A program made the translations under genes and the position numbers. A DNA stretch of 64,000 nucleotides from the human T2T-CHM13v2.0 reference genome, Homo sapiens, in the NCBI RefSeq assembly GCF_009914755.1, contig NC_060927.1. One strand, written 5' to 3'. Positions within the stretch are counted from its first letter, which is position 1; every line of letters begins with the position of its first letter. This document shows, piece by piece, positions 1-13,239 of the stretch. Below the pieces are notes generated by a model, which made no database searches, was not told where the DNA came from, and saw nothing but the letters and a program-made list of their open reading frames with translations.

Positions 1-181
1 GGGCTGCTATGTACCCTTTGTGCAAATTAGAAACAGGAACCCTTCTTTCTGGACAGCAGCAGGCCACACAGAAGGCAAGACTAGGCCTGTGGGGCTCAGG
101 ATGCATTTCAGCCCCATTTACCTCCTTGGCCAGGAGTCTTTGTGCAGTTAACAACCTACACGGTTGCACATGGCAACCCTG
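1..181 (-). mobile_element. MER91A-like hAT-Tip100 MITE, cut by the window edge
   Basis: Reverse complement reads CAGGGTTGCCATGTGCAACCGTGTAGGTTGTTAACTGCACAAAG...GGGGCTGAAATGCA...TTTCTAATTTGCACAAAGG...GCAGCCC, colinear with the MER91A consensus as recalled. Confidence 0.75.
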
Positions 182-261
182 CTTACTCTGTGCTCTGATG
201 AACAAAATAGCTACCCTTGAGTACCTACATGTGTAAGCACAGGGTCAGCTTTTTCTTACGT

Positions 262-400
262 AGTTATTATCTGTAACACCAACAGCAACTCTTAAGGATT
301 TATGTTGAGAAAACTGAGGCTCAGAAAATTTGAAAATTTCCCTAAGATAACACAGTCAGAAAGAAGCAGAAGATTAAGACCCATACCAGGCTCTGATGTG
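262..400 (-). mobile_element. MIR SINE fragment
   Basis: MIR core 'gagaaaactgaggctcaga...cctaagataacacag'. Confidence 0.65.
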
Positions 401-1776
401 GCAAGCAGTTGGCTGGATAGGAAATTATTTACAGTCAGTGCCTTACTTCTTCAACAAGACCATGGATAATTCCTTGTCCTCCTTCCCTCTGAGAAAACCA
501 TTAACTCCGGAGCCTACGAGAAGGTCCCTCAGGCCAAGAGTTAGCTGCCTGTCTTTGCTGCTGAGTGAGCAGAAGCCTCAGGCCTCCTGATGATGAATGA
601 GTAAGTGTTTAGGAAGCACCAGGAGACCCGGGTGAAGGGCATGTGACATGGTAAAGCCTTAATGATTGTGTGTTTATTATTAGCAAAAGTTTCACTTTTT
701 CCAGCCAGCCACCATGATTAAAAGTCCAGTTTCTCTTTTCATTTTGTGTAAGAATGTGAGCAAAGGGCTGAAAGTCAGAGAAGGATCATGAAATTGGAGT
801 CAGTAAGGACTCCTTACTAAAGTTGTCCTGTCCTCTGGATTATCAGCTGTTTTCTGGAGTAAGGAGCTGCCCTGAGCAGAGCGCCAAATTGGCTGCCGAT
901 GAGGTTCGTGCTAGTTGCCACTTCTTCTCGGCACCTGTACCATCAGCCATGGCTGCGTTAGGAACCCGCTGGAACTCAGTGGCTTCCACAGCACTCAAGT
1001 GTTATCCCAGGGCTGCAGGGCAGCTAGGGCTCAGCTGGCCCAGGGTTGGGTGGGTCAGCTGAGTGGGTCTGCTTCTCATGGCTCTCATTCCCCATGGACT
1101 GGCAGGGTAGCAAGACAAGCTCTGCTCATAACAGCGGCAGAAGAGCATGAAGGCAAGTGAAAGCACTTGAGGTCCCTTAAGACCTAGGCCCCAGACTGGT
1201 ACACCATCCATCTGCTGAACTCTATTGGCCAAAGCAAGTTCCGTGGCCAACCTAACGATGGAGCACAGAAGTAGGGTCCTCTCCCCTCTTTAGCAGGAGG
1301 AAGTGCAAAGGCACGTGGCAGAAGACAGAGATGAGGGTAAGAATTAGGGCCAGCAGTTCCCCCAGCACAGCCCCTCAACCTCCGAGGCTCGTTTGGTGGA
1401 AGCTTCCCCTCCTTGCAGGCAGCTGGAGAGCCTGGGGCCCCGTCCTCTGTACGCTGTCCTTATCAGTATTTTTCACAGGGCACAGAATTCAACCACCAGG
1501 TTGCTCACATTTTCAGAGAAAATCTGTCCCACATCAAATGTTTCTCATTCAATTCTCAAAAGCTCTTCTATGCTTTTTCCAAAAATGCCTCCCTCACACT
1601 CTGAGATCACAACCTAAGTTTTGCTCCCTTTCTTCATTTCTAATAAAATCTGAACTATGCAGATTGCCTTTCTCATAACCATGGTAGCTCGTTGTTGGCC
1701 CTTCCTTGAGTGGCGTTGGTCCTTCTCAGAGACAGAGGGCGGGGATCCCTAGCTGCCCTTGTGAGCGCATCATTAA

Positions 1777-2512
<736 letters not shown>

Positions 2513-2937
2513 TGACCACAGGTAATGGGAGACAGCTTGCATCCTCTGGCCCTAAGAGTCCTCTTTGATTCTTTCAAGAGGGCCAGTTGAATAAATAAGT
2601 TCAGCATAGACAGATCAGTCACTCTGAACTTTACATTACCTGCTTTAGGGTTTAGGTTCTTCAGATCACCCACTAGGGTTCGAAACTGAGCAATCTCTCC
2701 AAGTGACGTCCTACCTAAGGCAGACTGTGAGGGGAGGGTGAGTCCCTCACCTCCATCGTCTGTGTGGCTATTTAAATAATTCTTTTGAAAGGGCACTGTG
2801 ACCAGCAATTACAGACCCAGCTTTTAGACTCAACTCACTTCTTACTCTGACCTTCCTTCCTCAAGTCATTTTCCCCCTCTGGACCTCGGTGTCTTCATCT
2901 GGAAAATGAGATGATTGAATTAGGTTATCTAGAATCT

Positions 2938-3063
2938 TGCCACTCAAAATGTAATCAATGGGGCTTGTTAAAACCACAGAATTTGAGGCTACGCCCTAGA
3001 CCTGCTGAATCAGAATCTGCAGATGATTCATGTGCACATTAAATTTTGAGAAGCACTGTTCTA
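2938..3063. mobile_element. MER5A-like hAT MITE
   Basis: 'cctgctgaatcagaatctgca...gattcatgtgcacattaaattttgagaagcactg'. Confidence 0.75.
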
Positions 3064-4079
3064 TAAGGTACCTTCCAGGAGCTTCAAATTCTGTGCCTTT
3101 GAAACCGTGGTTACCCTCCTGTACCTTTCCTGTCATTCTCCTCATGTTCCTTTTGTGAAAGCCTGTCTTAAAAGCCATCTGGTCCCTGGGCCTTCCATCA
3201 TCAGCATTGCTGCTGATTCATTGTGCCGCCTTCTAGGTAAAGAGGCCTCATATTCTTTCATGCCAAGGATGAGGGGCCAGGAAATCCAGAGCAACTTAAA
3301 AGCCCTGAAAAGTCAGGAAGAAAACGGTAGTTAAAATTCTGAGCAAGCCTCATGCAAGTCTGGGTCACTAGACACGTCAGGATCACAAAATAGATTGAAT
3401 GTTCCAAGAGTAGGGAGGAGCAGAAAGCAAGTTAGAGAACCAAAACCAACAGCAAGGAAAATATTATAGAAGCATGCAGGAAACCTATTTCCCATTACTG
3501 CTTGTCAAAAACATAGGCTGATATACACCCACGAAAAAAAGATTATAAATTTCCCTTGTTCTTTTCCTTCACTGTTTTGAAGAGGAGTTTCCTATGGAGT
3601 TGGAGTTGTGTTGATTGGCAATTTATTTGTGAATTGTTTCATGAAACCAAGGCTTCTCTTAGCAGTTTTCTGTTGTTCACTACAATTAACCATGGTTTAG
3701 TGGAAACTTCCTTTTCTCCAAGCCAACCTCCCCACCCGACCCCACCCCACCGCACCTGCTTCAAAGGATATCACCACTTAAATAACAGGCTCCTAAAGCT
3801 AATGGAAGATATACTTTTCCTGTGCTCTCCCAGAGCCTTCTGGTTTTTTTCCTGCCTCTTTGTAATAGCACATCAGCAACTATTTATTCTCATATTATTC
3901 TCAGGGAACATGGACAGTTGATGCATAAAACAAAAGAGTTATTCTTCACTCACATCTCAAGGCTTAGTCTGGGAACCCAGGGCACTGCAGAACTCTGAGA
4001 CATTGGATTAGGGGCAAACTAACATAGTCATGACAGAAAATAAGCAAAATGTCTACTCTGTCTGTGAACCACTGTAATA

Positions 4080-4262
4080 AGCAGTTTATTGAACAGGTCC
4101 TGAGTGGGCCAAGCTCTTTGTAAGGAGAATTAAATGAGATAGTCTGCAGTCACTTTTCTGCAGGTAAAGAGACAGGTGAAGTAATTGCTCAAGGTCCCAG
4201 ACCCAGCAAGTAGGGGTGAGGGTCCAAACCTAGGCCTCCTGGCTCCAAAGCTCATGCTCTGA
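4080..4262. mobile_element. MIR fragments
   Basis: 'ggtgaagtaattgctcaaggtcccaga...ctggctccaaagctcatgctct'. Confidence 0.6.
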
Positions 4263-4681
4263 GCCCCTGTCTCTTCCATTCTGGCTGTGAAATACCCCTT
4301 CCCCATCAGCCTGTTTTCCTGCATATGTTTTTGTTTTCAAACTGCCAATTATTTCTACTTAGTGTTCAAGACCCAGGTAGCAGTCTCCTCTTCTGGGGAG
4401 CCTTCCCTGACTCCCAGTTACCCTCATTCTACTCCTGGCAGGGCCAGCAGCAGCTCCTTTTTTTAATGTAATGAGCACTCCTCTCATAGTGTCTTAAAGT
4501 GAATTCTCCAGTGGTCTTTCTTTCTCATTATTAGACTCTGAGAACCTCAAGTCAGAGTCAGCCCTGACTAGCCATCTGTGTCCATCCAAGTACGCAGCAC
4601 AGTGCCTGGCTGGAATGTCCATGTCTTTTCTTCCGTAAGATGAAGAATGTGCAGGTTCTTTGTGTTAAAACAATCCAAATA

Positions 4682-4773
4682 AATGATACAGAAAAGATTA
4701 GCATGGCCCCGTCACAAGGATGAAACGCAAATTCGTGAAGCATTCCGTATTAAAAAATAAGAATTAAAAAAAA
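4682..4773 (+). pseudogene. RNU6: 5'-truncated U6 snRNA retropseudogene with A-rich tail
   Basis: 4682-4751 (aatgatacagaaaagattagcatggccccgtcacaaggatgaaacgcaaattcgtgaagcattccgtatt) matches U6 from about nt 35 to its 3' end. A-rich tail at 4752-4773. Degenerate TSD aaaacaatccaaata (4667-4681) / aaaacccatccaaata (4770-4785). Confidence 0.95.
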
Positions 4774-5247
4774 CCCATCCAAATAGAAGGCATGTGTGCT
4801 CATGCATATGTGAATGGATATTTCTCTACACATGTGCTATGTTCTGTTGCAACCTTGCACTTTAACATGTATAACTTATAAAAGGAGGTGGGGCTAACGC
4901 TATTTTAGTGACTCATGGAAGCAAGATGGCAGGTGCTTGCCCTCTGTGGCAGGGAAAACCTCTGTCAAAACTCAGAGCCCTCTGACACCCTGATTAACAT
5001 TTCACAAGATGTCCGGGGTTTGTTTCTCTCCATCAAAACCTTGACTTTAGCCATTATTCATGCAAAACTGCTCTGAACAGGGGTCAGCAGAGCATGGCAT
5101 GTTCAAAAAGGTGAACAGACGTTCATTTTTCCTTGTGGCTTCCCTGTGACAGATAGCTCTGTTCTGAGGCTCAGAAAGGGAGAGAACGGACTCAGAGTTC
5201 GGTGACCATGTGAAATGCACAGATCACCCCCCAGGTTGGGCTTCTGG

Positions 5248-5460
5248 GCAGTGTGTATAGCATAGGTGTTAAGAATGTAAGAGCCTGGCTTGCACTGGAT
5301 AGCCAAGTGTCTTTGAGTGATTGAAGCCAGTGAGGTGAGTTGTTGCCTCATTCTGTGATGTGAGAGTAATAGTACCTTCCTCAAGGGCTGCTGATAGTAT
5401 TAAGGAAGTCAGTAGATGTGAGGCATTTGGACAGCAGCTGACACACTGTTAGTGCTGTGG
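5248..5460 (+). mobile_element. MIR SINE
   Basis: 'gcagtgtgtatagcataggtgttaagaatg...gtaatagtaccttcctcaagggctgctg...'. Confidence 0.7.
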
Positions 5461-6753
5461 TTGTTGGGTTCTTGCTGGTCTGCCTGTTACTAGACTGGAG
5501 GCTCCCAGAAGGCAGGTCCCTCCCCATCATCAGTTTGTTTTTGTTTTTGTTTTACTATAGACTCCAGCGTAATACATCAGGCCTTGGCCTTGGTGGGCAG
5601 GTTGGAACAAATTGTGAGCTGATGGAGAAGTAGAGGCACAGGTTGGCTGTGTGGAATTTAGTAAGCTCCATTTTGTAATCAGTGATTGTTTCTTAAAACA
5701 AAACTGTCCACAGGCCCGATAACCATGGCAGGTCCCAGCTAAGATTCTCAGCTGAACCAGTGAAAAGCAGTCATCCTCCAAACACCAGAATCAAGATGGG
5801 GGATAACATGATCCATGACCTTTTAACTACATGAAATCTACTTCTAGTAAAAATAGTGGATGCAGATGGATGTTAAGGACATCTGCTCTTTTAAAAGTCC
5901 CACTGTCTCTCTCTTGCTGTTATGTTATTACTAGAGCTGTGGCTATGTCATTGCATCTTCTGCAGTTTTTAGGAAAGGGTTAGTGTGACAGAACGGGCCT
6001 TGCAGAAGGGAGAAAGCAAGGCAGGCGGGAGAAGGCTGGGCTCTGTTGACACAGAGTTAAACTCGGGCCTCTGCACTCATCCTGTGAGCAGATCTTGTCC
6101 CTGTGGTCACAGGTACCGTACAGCTGGGCCTGGCCAACTCGGTGTTTGGCCTGGACCAATACCTCACCTTGGTTTGCTTCTCCCCTTGGCTGCCTAAACA
6201 TGGGTAAGACAGTGATGTGCCCTTGCACTGGCACAAAGGGGACAACAGAGTCCTTAGAAGGAGGGTAGGGTGAGCGTCCCTGCAGGAGTGGGATTCCCTT
6301 TGGATCTGACCGCCCATCAGGTCTCTGCCAGAGGTGACAGCCTTGGAATGGTTGTGGCCTCACCCAGCACATGGAGACACCACTTGGTACATTTGGGAAG
6401 TGAAGCCAGCCATGAGCCAGAAGGGCAACTTGGTTTGTCTCAGCAGGAACCCACAGCTGCCATCACGAGCTGGGAGCCCTGAGAAACGGTCCTCCTCGCT
6501 CATTTGCAGAACTTCCTGACTGATTTGGGTCAAGATCCCCCTGCTGAGATGGCTGCCCTGCAGCTTGCTGTTGGGTGGGACAGGGAATTGTTACCACTTC
6601 GGGTGAACAACGAGATTCTCAAACCAGAGAGTCCGTATCTTGTGTCCCCTCCATCTCTGCCTCAGTGCATGCATGAGCTTGGTGCTGCCCTCAGTACCTT
6701 GGGTGGAGAGGAGGGTGTGAAGAGAGGGATAAGATATTTGGATGGTTGATTAG

Positions 6754-7108
6754 TGTCTTAGTTTGGATTCCCCCAGCAGTATAAGTTGCGTGTCTGGGAG
6801 GTAAGCCCAGGCAGCACTGGTTAGGGGAGGGGGGAGTGAGACAGGGAAGGAAGGAGGCCAGGACAGCAGAATTCACTGGAGAGTAGTCACTGCAGCCCCT
6901 GAGGGGTGAGGGAGCTGGGTGGGGCATTCACGCACCAGCTCCCATGGTCACTGGGTCTAGGCTACTCCTGGACTGTTAATGTACAGGCACTTCCAGCCTG
7001 CCACCCTGCAGGCCAAAGCAGCCTCAGGCCAAGAGTCCAAGTGTGCACAAAGCCCTTGGTGGACCCAGCAGGTGCCAAGAGGACGTGGGCTGGGCAGCCC
7101 CTGCTACA
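6754..7108 (-). mobile_element. ERVL solo LTR (LTR33/LTR16 group)
   Basis: Begins tgtcttagtttggattcccccag and ends ctgctaca (TG..CA). Internal 'ggagtgagacagggaaggaaggaggcca' is typical of this group. Confidence 0.7.
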
Positions 7109-7183
7109 GTTGGCTGGGGGAAGGGGTGTTTGCTTTTGTCTTTAAAGCAGATTAAGATTTAATCCATTGTACAAGAGGGAAAA

Positions 7184-7653
7184 CTAAAAGTGGGAAGCAG
7201 CCCAAGTGTCCACAGACAGATGAATGGATCAACAAAATGTGGCCTATTTGTACAATGGAATATTATTCACAAGGAAGGAAATTCTGACACATGCTACATG
7301 GATGAACCTTGAAGACCTTATGTTAAATGAAATAGACCAGTCGCTAAAGGACAAATATATAATTCCACTCATATGAGGCTCCTAGAGTAGTCAAATCCAG
7401 AGGCAGAAAGTAGAACAGTGGTTACTAAGAGCTGTGGGGAGGGGAGTGGGAAGCTATTGTTTACGGGGTACAGTTTGGGAAGATGAAAATGTTATGGAGT
7501 TGGATGGTGGTGATGGCTATACAACAATGTGAACGCACTCAGTGCCACGGAACTGTACATGCAGAAATGGTTACAGTAGTAATTCTTATGTAATATGTAT
7601 ATGTGTGTATATATATGTGTGTGTGTGTATGTATGTGTGTGTGTATATATGTA

Positions 7654-7685
<32 letters not shown>

Positions 7686-7710
7686 ACAGTTACCACAATA
7701 AAAGTAAAGA
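7184..7710 (+). mobile_element. L1MB-type LINE 3' end
   Basis: 'cccaagtgtccacagacagatgaatggat...ggatgaaccttgaagac...ggatggtggtgatggctatacaacaatgtgaac...taccacaataaaa'. Confidence 0.9.
7594..7685. repeat. Compound (TG)n/(TA)n microsatellite
   Basis: Directly visible alternating TG/TA tract inside the L1MB terminus. Confidence 0.95.
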
Positions 7711-8769
7711 GAAGAGAAAAAGGGAAACGAAGGCCCATCATCTGAGTAATTTCTCCAGAGCTACCCAGTGGTTCCCTGGAGAGGCCATGAAGAGCCTGTG
7801 TAGAGGTGTCTGCTGTCCCTGTAGGTGCTAGGACTCCTCACCTGGCTTTGTCACCTCCTGGCCAGCCGAGGACTCCACAGCAGGGACAGAGCAGGTGTTT
7901 CTGGGTATTATAGCTCAGATTAATTTGAGTCAAGAATGAGACTTCCTGGTGTGTCAGAGAATAGGCCCCTTTGAATGACTCACCTGGCTCTGAATTCCGT
8001 CGCTAGTTTTTGTCATGAGGAAAGTGAAGCTGACTCCTTGAGGACCCACTCTGCATAGGAATGATGCTCTGCACCAGAGGCAGAGGGATTAGATCAAAAC
8101 CTCTGCCCCTTCGTTAATGTCTTACAGGCAGATGGGCATGTGGACAGATAAGTGACATTTAGGCAGAAACCCGAAGGACAGGTTACTGAGGCTGCCAGGT
8201 AGAGGGGGACTGAGGGAGAGCTGGGGAAGTGTGAGCCATCCTTATGGGAGGGATGAAAGGTTAGAGTGGTAGAGAATGACATGATCAACTTTTCTTTTTA
8301 AAAAATCCCTTGTGCTGCAATGGGGAGAGTGGATTAGACTGAGGGAGGGTAAGGAGAGGCAGCCAGTTGGGAAGTGACTACAACCTTCCAGGTAAGATGT
8401 TGACAGGGTGGCTTGCACCTGAGCACAGAAGTGATGTCGCTGGTCTCACATGAAGGTCTCCCAGGAGGGTCAGGATATAGAAACACTTCAGCATCTTTGG
8501 AGAAAAACATCTATAAATCATAATCTACATTTAAGTAGAATTTGCAATGTATTTAATCAGTTGTAATGAGGCCCGATTTATATAGAAAACTGAACAGAAA
8601 TTGGAAACCTCATTTTGGGTGGTTTGGAGGCCAACAGAGGTGGGATTGCCTCTTACTGCACCTTCTCTGGTGCACAGGGCATTGAGAGACTCCAGGAGGG
8701 GCTTTGCCATCTTTTATTCGTTTATGCCCCTGTTGTAAAACAGAGGTCATACTCTATCTTTGTATGCTT

Positions 8770-9420
8770 TCTGTTTGTATCTCATTCTGCTAGATGCTGA
8801 GAGATAAAGAGATATATGAAATAAGGAATTCTGTCTCCAGAGATCTTCAATCCGGCTGGGGGTGTCAGACAAGGGCTGGTTAAATGGGTGTCTTTTGTAG
8901 CTGTTCAAGGCAGCCAAAAGTAGGGCATGATTAATTGTTTAATGATAAATGAGACAGAAAATACAGGACTGTAGGAAATGAATGGGACAAAAAATGCAGG
9001 ACTGTAGGAAGCCTCAGGGAGAGCCCCCTAGGGTTTTCCAAGCCAGATCTGGACTCTAGAAGGATGCCTAAGATTGGGACAGATCAGAGAGGCTTGGGTG
9101 GGCTCCAGTGACTCACTGGAGCTGCAGAGGAAGATTCATTCCTACAGGTGTGAGGAGGCTGCAGGCTGCCCTACAGCTGGAAAGGGACATCTCCACTGCA
9201 TGCCAGGGCCAGGGGCTTGTGCAAACTGGGAAGCCAAGCAGTTTTGAGCTGGTGGATGATATGTTCAAATAGTGTTTTTAAGACAATTTATTGGCCACAG
9301 TAGGTAGAATGACTAGAATGAGAGACTGCAGTGGAGAAGCCATCAAGGAGGATGTTAAGAGAATATCACAAGAGAATCAAGAGATGGGGTGTGGATGGGG
9401 AGGACATGGAGGGGCAGATG
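8770..9420 (-). mobile_element. Degenerate L2 LINE fragments (a similar piece lies at ~8130-8430)
   Basis: 'ctagatgctgagagataaagagat...', 'gatatgttcaaatagtgtttttaagacaatttattggc' L2-like motifs. Confidence 0.5.
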
Positions 9421-9804
9421 TGCCCCACATTGTAAACCAGCCAGGTGAGCTGCAGGCTGCTCATCAGGTTTCAGTGCCTGCACTGGGTTGGACCAGCGGG
9501 TCTAAGGACTTGACCCCAGCTGCACAATTCTGAGGCTCTCTGACAAGGAGTGGGGGGTGAGTTGATGGCAGGTAGAAATTGGTGTCAGGGTGAAGGAGGG
9601 GATAAGGGGTGATGGCCCTGGAAGGGGGTCAGGGGAGCGACTTATTTCAGGCATTCTGATGTGATGTGTTGGGGGGCATGCAAGGAGAACTGTCCATCAG
9701 ATCCAACAGGAAGAGGATGAAGGGGAAAGAAATGGCCATTGGATGTATCTTTTAGAAGCCCATTGGGGCCTTCAAGAGTGTGAGGTGTGTAGGGTAGCAG
9801 AGTT

Positions 9805-10150
9805 GTGTGTCCGTGGTCAGGGGCCCAGGAAGAGAGATGGCACACTTACCTGGGTAATTTGAGGAGGGTTTAATAAAGGGATTGTGTACAGGGGTGTAAG
9901 CATGGCAGCCAGCCTGCAGGGACCAGAGGAGGGAGCTATAACCAGAACCTGAGAGAGGCCTGTGTAGAGAGGGGCCCTGCAGAGTGAGCCTAGGGTCCCA
10001 GTGTCCTGACCCCGCTCCCCTCTTGCCAGGAGTTAAGAGGGCCATTGATGAAGTCCCTCCCTACCACGTGTCAGCCTCCTGGAGCTCAGGGCCTGGTGAC
10101 AAAGGGAGGAGAGGGGATTGGGGAGGGGCAAGCAGAAGACACCGCAACCA
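9805..10150 (-). mobile_element. ERVL LTR (LTR41-like)
   Basis: 'ggtcaggggcccaggaagagagatggcacact...gggtaatttgaggagggtttaataaagggatt'. Confidence 0.6.
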
Positions 10151-10711
10151 AGCTGCAGGGTGAGGGAGACAGGGATGATGTAGCCCAGACACGGCGGCAG
10201 GTTAATGGAGATGGTGGAAGCAGAAAGGGGTGGGTCCTGGGCAGCCCAGCAGGTGATGGTTGGAGGCTAGGAGCACAGCTGTGGTGCCTGTAATGGGAGG
10301 TGGGGGGAGGGGAGTCGGGGGTGACTGGAGAGCAGCCAAGATGGGAAAGGGGTAGGTTTGAGTCACAGGATATGTCACTGGTCAGTCCTCCTTCCAGCAG
10401 AAAAAAAAAGAAAAGAAAAGAAAAAGAAAACTCATAATTGAAGAGAAAAGAAGAAATATACTTGAGATACCCATGAAGACCAAGTTATAATGATGAAGAG
10501 TACACAGTGAGCTCCCAGGAATTGATGAGCCTTTCTGTCCTATGATTTGCTTTTTTGAAATCAACAGGAATGAGAATTTGCAAACTCTCCCTCCCCTTAG
10601 TTTATTTTCTCTGAAAGTCTGCCCCAACTGGTACATGAGAATAATTTCCTTAAACAAGTAGCCTGGTGGGAATCCATTCTTCAGAATCTGCATGTTAGCA
10701 AGGTTTGCCCT

Positions 10712-10870
10712 GGAGCAGGGCCCCTCAAGCTTTCGTGTGCACTCGTGGGGATCTTGTTCAGTGTCTGTGCCAATTCAGCAGGTCTGGGGAGCCCAAGATC
10801 TGCATTTCTAACCAGCTCTCCAGTGAAGAGCTGTCGGCCTCTGGAGCCACTGTGAGTAGTGAGGTCCTAG
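10712..10870. mobile_element. MER5A-like MITE
   Basis: 'aattcagcaggtctgggga...tctgcatttctaaccagctctccagtga...ccactgtgagtagtgagg'. Confidence 0.7.
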
Positions 10871-11000
10871 GAGACTTTTTCTAATGATTAGGATAAAACA
10901 AACAAGAGCCTAGATGGTTGCAGGTATAAGAACCAGATGGTAAACATCTACATGAAAAAAACACACCGCGTAGCAATGAGCTTGCTTCTATCCTGCCGCA

Positions 11001-11014
11001 TCGCCCTCTGCTGC
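11001..11014 (-). promoter_or_regulatory. Candidate CTCF motif
   Basis: Minus strand reads GCAGCAGAGGGCGA versus the core CCASYAGRKGGCRS. Confidence 0.45.
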
Positions 11015-12049
11015 CCTTCTGAATAAATAAAGCCCTGCTTCTCCAGGAGATGTTCTCTGCTGGTACACACTGGGTGTCACTTAAAAGCAGGTGCTGCTGG
11101 AGGCAAAACCTTTCATGCACATTGTAAATTACCTGAAAAGAGCAGTGGCATCATAAATAGCTTGGCCTTGTTCTTTGCTGATTTCCTTCCTCTTGAAATA
11201 GTGCTCTAGTTCACACTACATGGTTTTTTACCACCACCCCTCTCTCCCTGCCCCTCACACACTAGAAATGGTTTCCTTCAACTTATTGGAGTGATTTAAG
11301 TTCATAGATGGAGGCAGACATTTCATGAACTCCCATAAATGCCTCCTTAACACCACTAAGTTCAAGGCTGGTGTCCCCATCCTTCTGTCTGTTGCCAGTA
11401 AATTTTTTAAAAGGCAGGTCCCTAGCGTCCATTGCGCTCACTAACTGAAGAGGCCTATTACAGTTTTACTGGATTTGAAGAGTACAGCGCGTTTGAGGAT
11501 AGGGATTTCTCAGACCCTCCTCACTCTGGGCCCTCCCTAAGTAGAAGCCGATGGGAGGACAACCGGCAAGCATCTGGTTTCTCAACTCCCAAGGGTCAGA
11601 AACTGGGACCTGCCTTTCACTCACTACCTATTATTATTATTATTATTTAGTTCTAATCTTGGGGTGACAAGTTGAGAGCTAGAGGTGTAGTTATTTTCAT
11701 GAGGTAGTTTATATTGCACACTAAGGTCTATGAGGTGGATAAACCTAACTGCCTCCCTCCAGCCCCAGCTCACCCCCACCCCCTTCCACTGCCTGTTCTT
11801 AAACTTCCTTTCTAAAATGCAGATTGAAGCATTTGTTACCCCACGTGGTCTAGAAATACCTGGGTTCAGCCATCATTTTCTTCTCTCTTTCCTGATTGAA
11901 TTCTTCATACCCTCTCAAACCCACCAAGCAAAACAAGTTCACCTGTAATCTCTGGCTCATGCTAGATTGTGGAGACTTAATTTACTCCAAGTGGAATCAC
12001 CCCTTCACTTTAGAGAGCCCAGGGGGAAGCATGCTGCAGTGTCCTAATA

Positions 12050-12290
12050 AGAGCAATCACCAGTGAGCAGTTACTGTGTGCTAGAGGCTATACCAAGCCC
12101 TCTATATGCCGTAGCTCATTGCCATGTCAGATGCCTCTGTGAGATGGGGGTACAGTCACTTCCCCATTTCACAGAGAAAAAGACTGGGACATGCATGGAT
12201 CCATACATCTGACTCTGGGTAGTCAGTTGGGTCTAGTGGCATTAGGCCTGCCCAGCTCCAGAACCCAAACTGCTAACTCTGCTCTCCAGC
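12050..12290 (-). mobile_element. MIR SINE
   Basis: 'gagcagttactgtgtgctag...ccccatttcacagagaaaaagactggg'. Confidence 0.65.
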
Positions 12291-13239
12291 GCTAGAGCCT
12301 GCTTGAGCTGTTTGCATCCTAGCCAGATATACTCGTTGAAAGCCTCAATCCTATGGGGGTTTGGAAGTTCAGGTGACCCAGATTTGAACCGCTCCTTAAT
12401 TAAAACACCTTGGTCTAACATGGTCCCAATGTGGAACTAGGTATTTAGTACCCTCCTCTGAGTGTTTCACAAACATCTGTATCCAGGGCTTTTGTTAAGG
12501 CACACCCTTTTAACGAAAAGTCCCATTCCTGCCTCAGGTCCCTCTGCACCTTTCAGGGACCCTGAGGAATCTGTGTTTAGGCGCTCAGCTGGTGCCCAGC
12601 CGCAGCACTGTTCCCGGGAGTCTCGGCAGCAGTCGCTTGTCTCAGGAGGGTCTGGATCTGGTGCATTCGTTTCTGTCTGATTGAGTTAGGCACCTCATAT
12701 ATAAAACTGCCAGACCCTGCCTGGGGTGTCTCTGAAAGCTGGGGTATTTCATTGGGTTGAGCAAATTTACAGTTCAACCAAAGTCTGTTGTGCACCTTCT
12801 AAGAGCAAGCCACAGACAGGGTGAAGTGGAAAGGCCAGATGGATATATAAAGCACAAGCCCTGTGTCTAGGGCCTTAAGGACACTGGCAGTGACAACGTA
12901 TGTCCCTAAAGCACAGCATGGTGGCTTTATAACGTGCCATGGAAAGCTGAGGAAGGAAAGAGAGATTGCTGATTGCTGGCCAGCAGGGAACTGGAGAGGC
13001 CTCTTGGAGGGTGGCATTTGAGATGAGATTGGATTGAGGCAGTAGGACTCAGGCAAATCTTTGAGGAAGTGAGGCACGGCAGGTGGAGGCAGGGAAGCCC
13101 CCCCTTACGATTTTGAAGAGTGTCTGTCGGCGTCTGAGGGCCTGAAGCAGTGTTGCCATGTGTGCTTGGGAAGAACCAGGTCTAGATCCTCTACTTTTAG
13201 CCTACATCTAGAGTCTTCCCCCACCCAGAGCTTTGGAGA

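Noticed and set aside
4682-4751. Functional U6 snRNA gene
   Set aside because: The 5' end is missing, the ACAGAGA box and ISL are mutated, and it has a retroposition tail and TSD.
8071-8084. CTCF-like sequence
   Set aside because: It lacks one G of the core (CACCAGAGGCAG), so the match is too weak.
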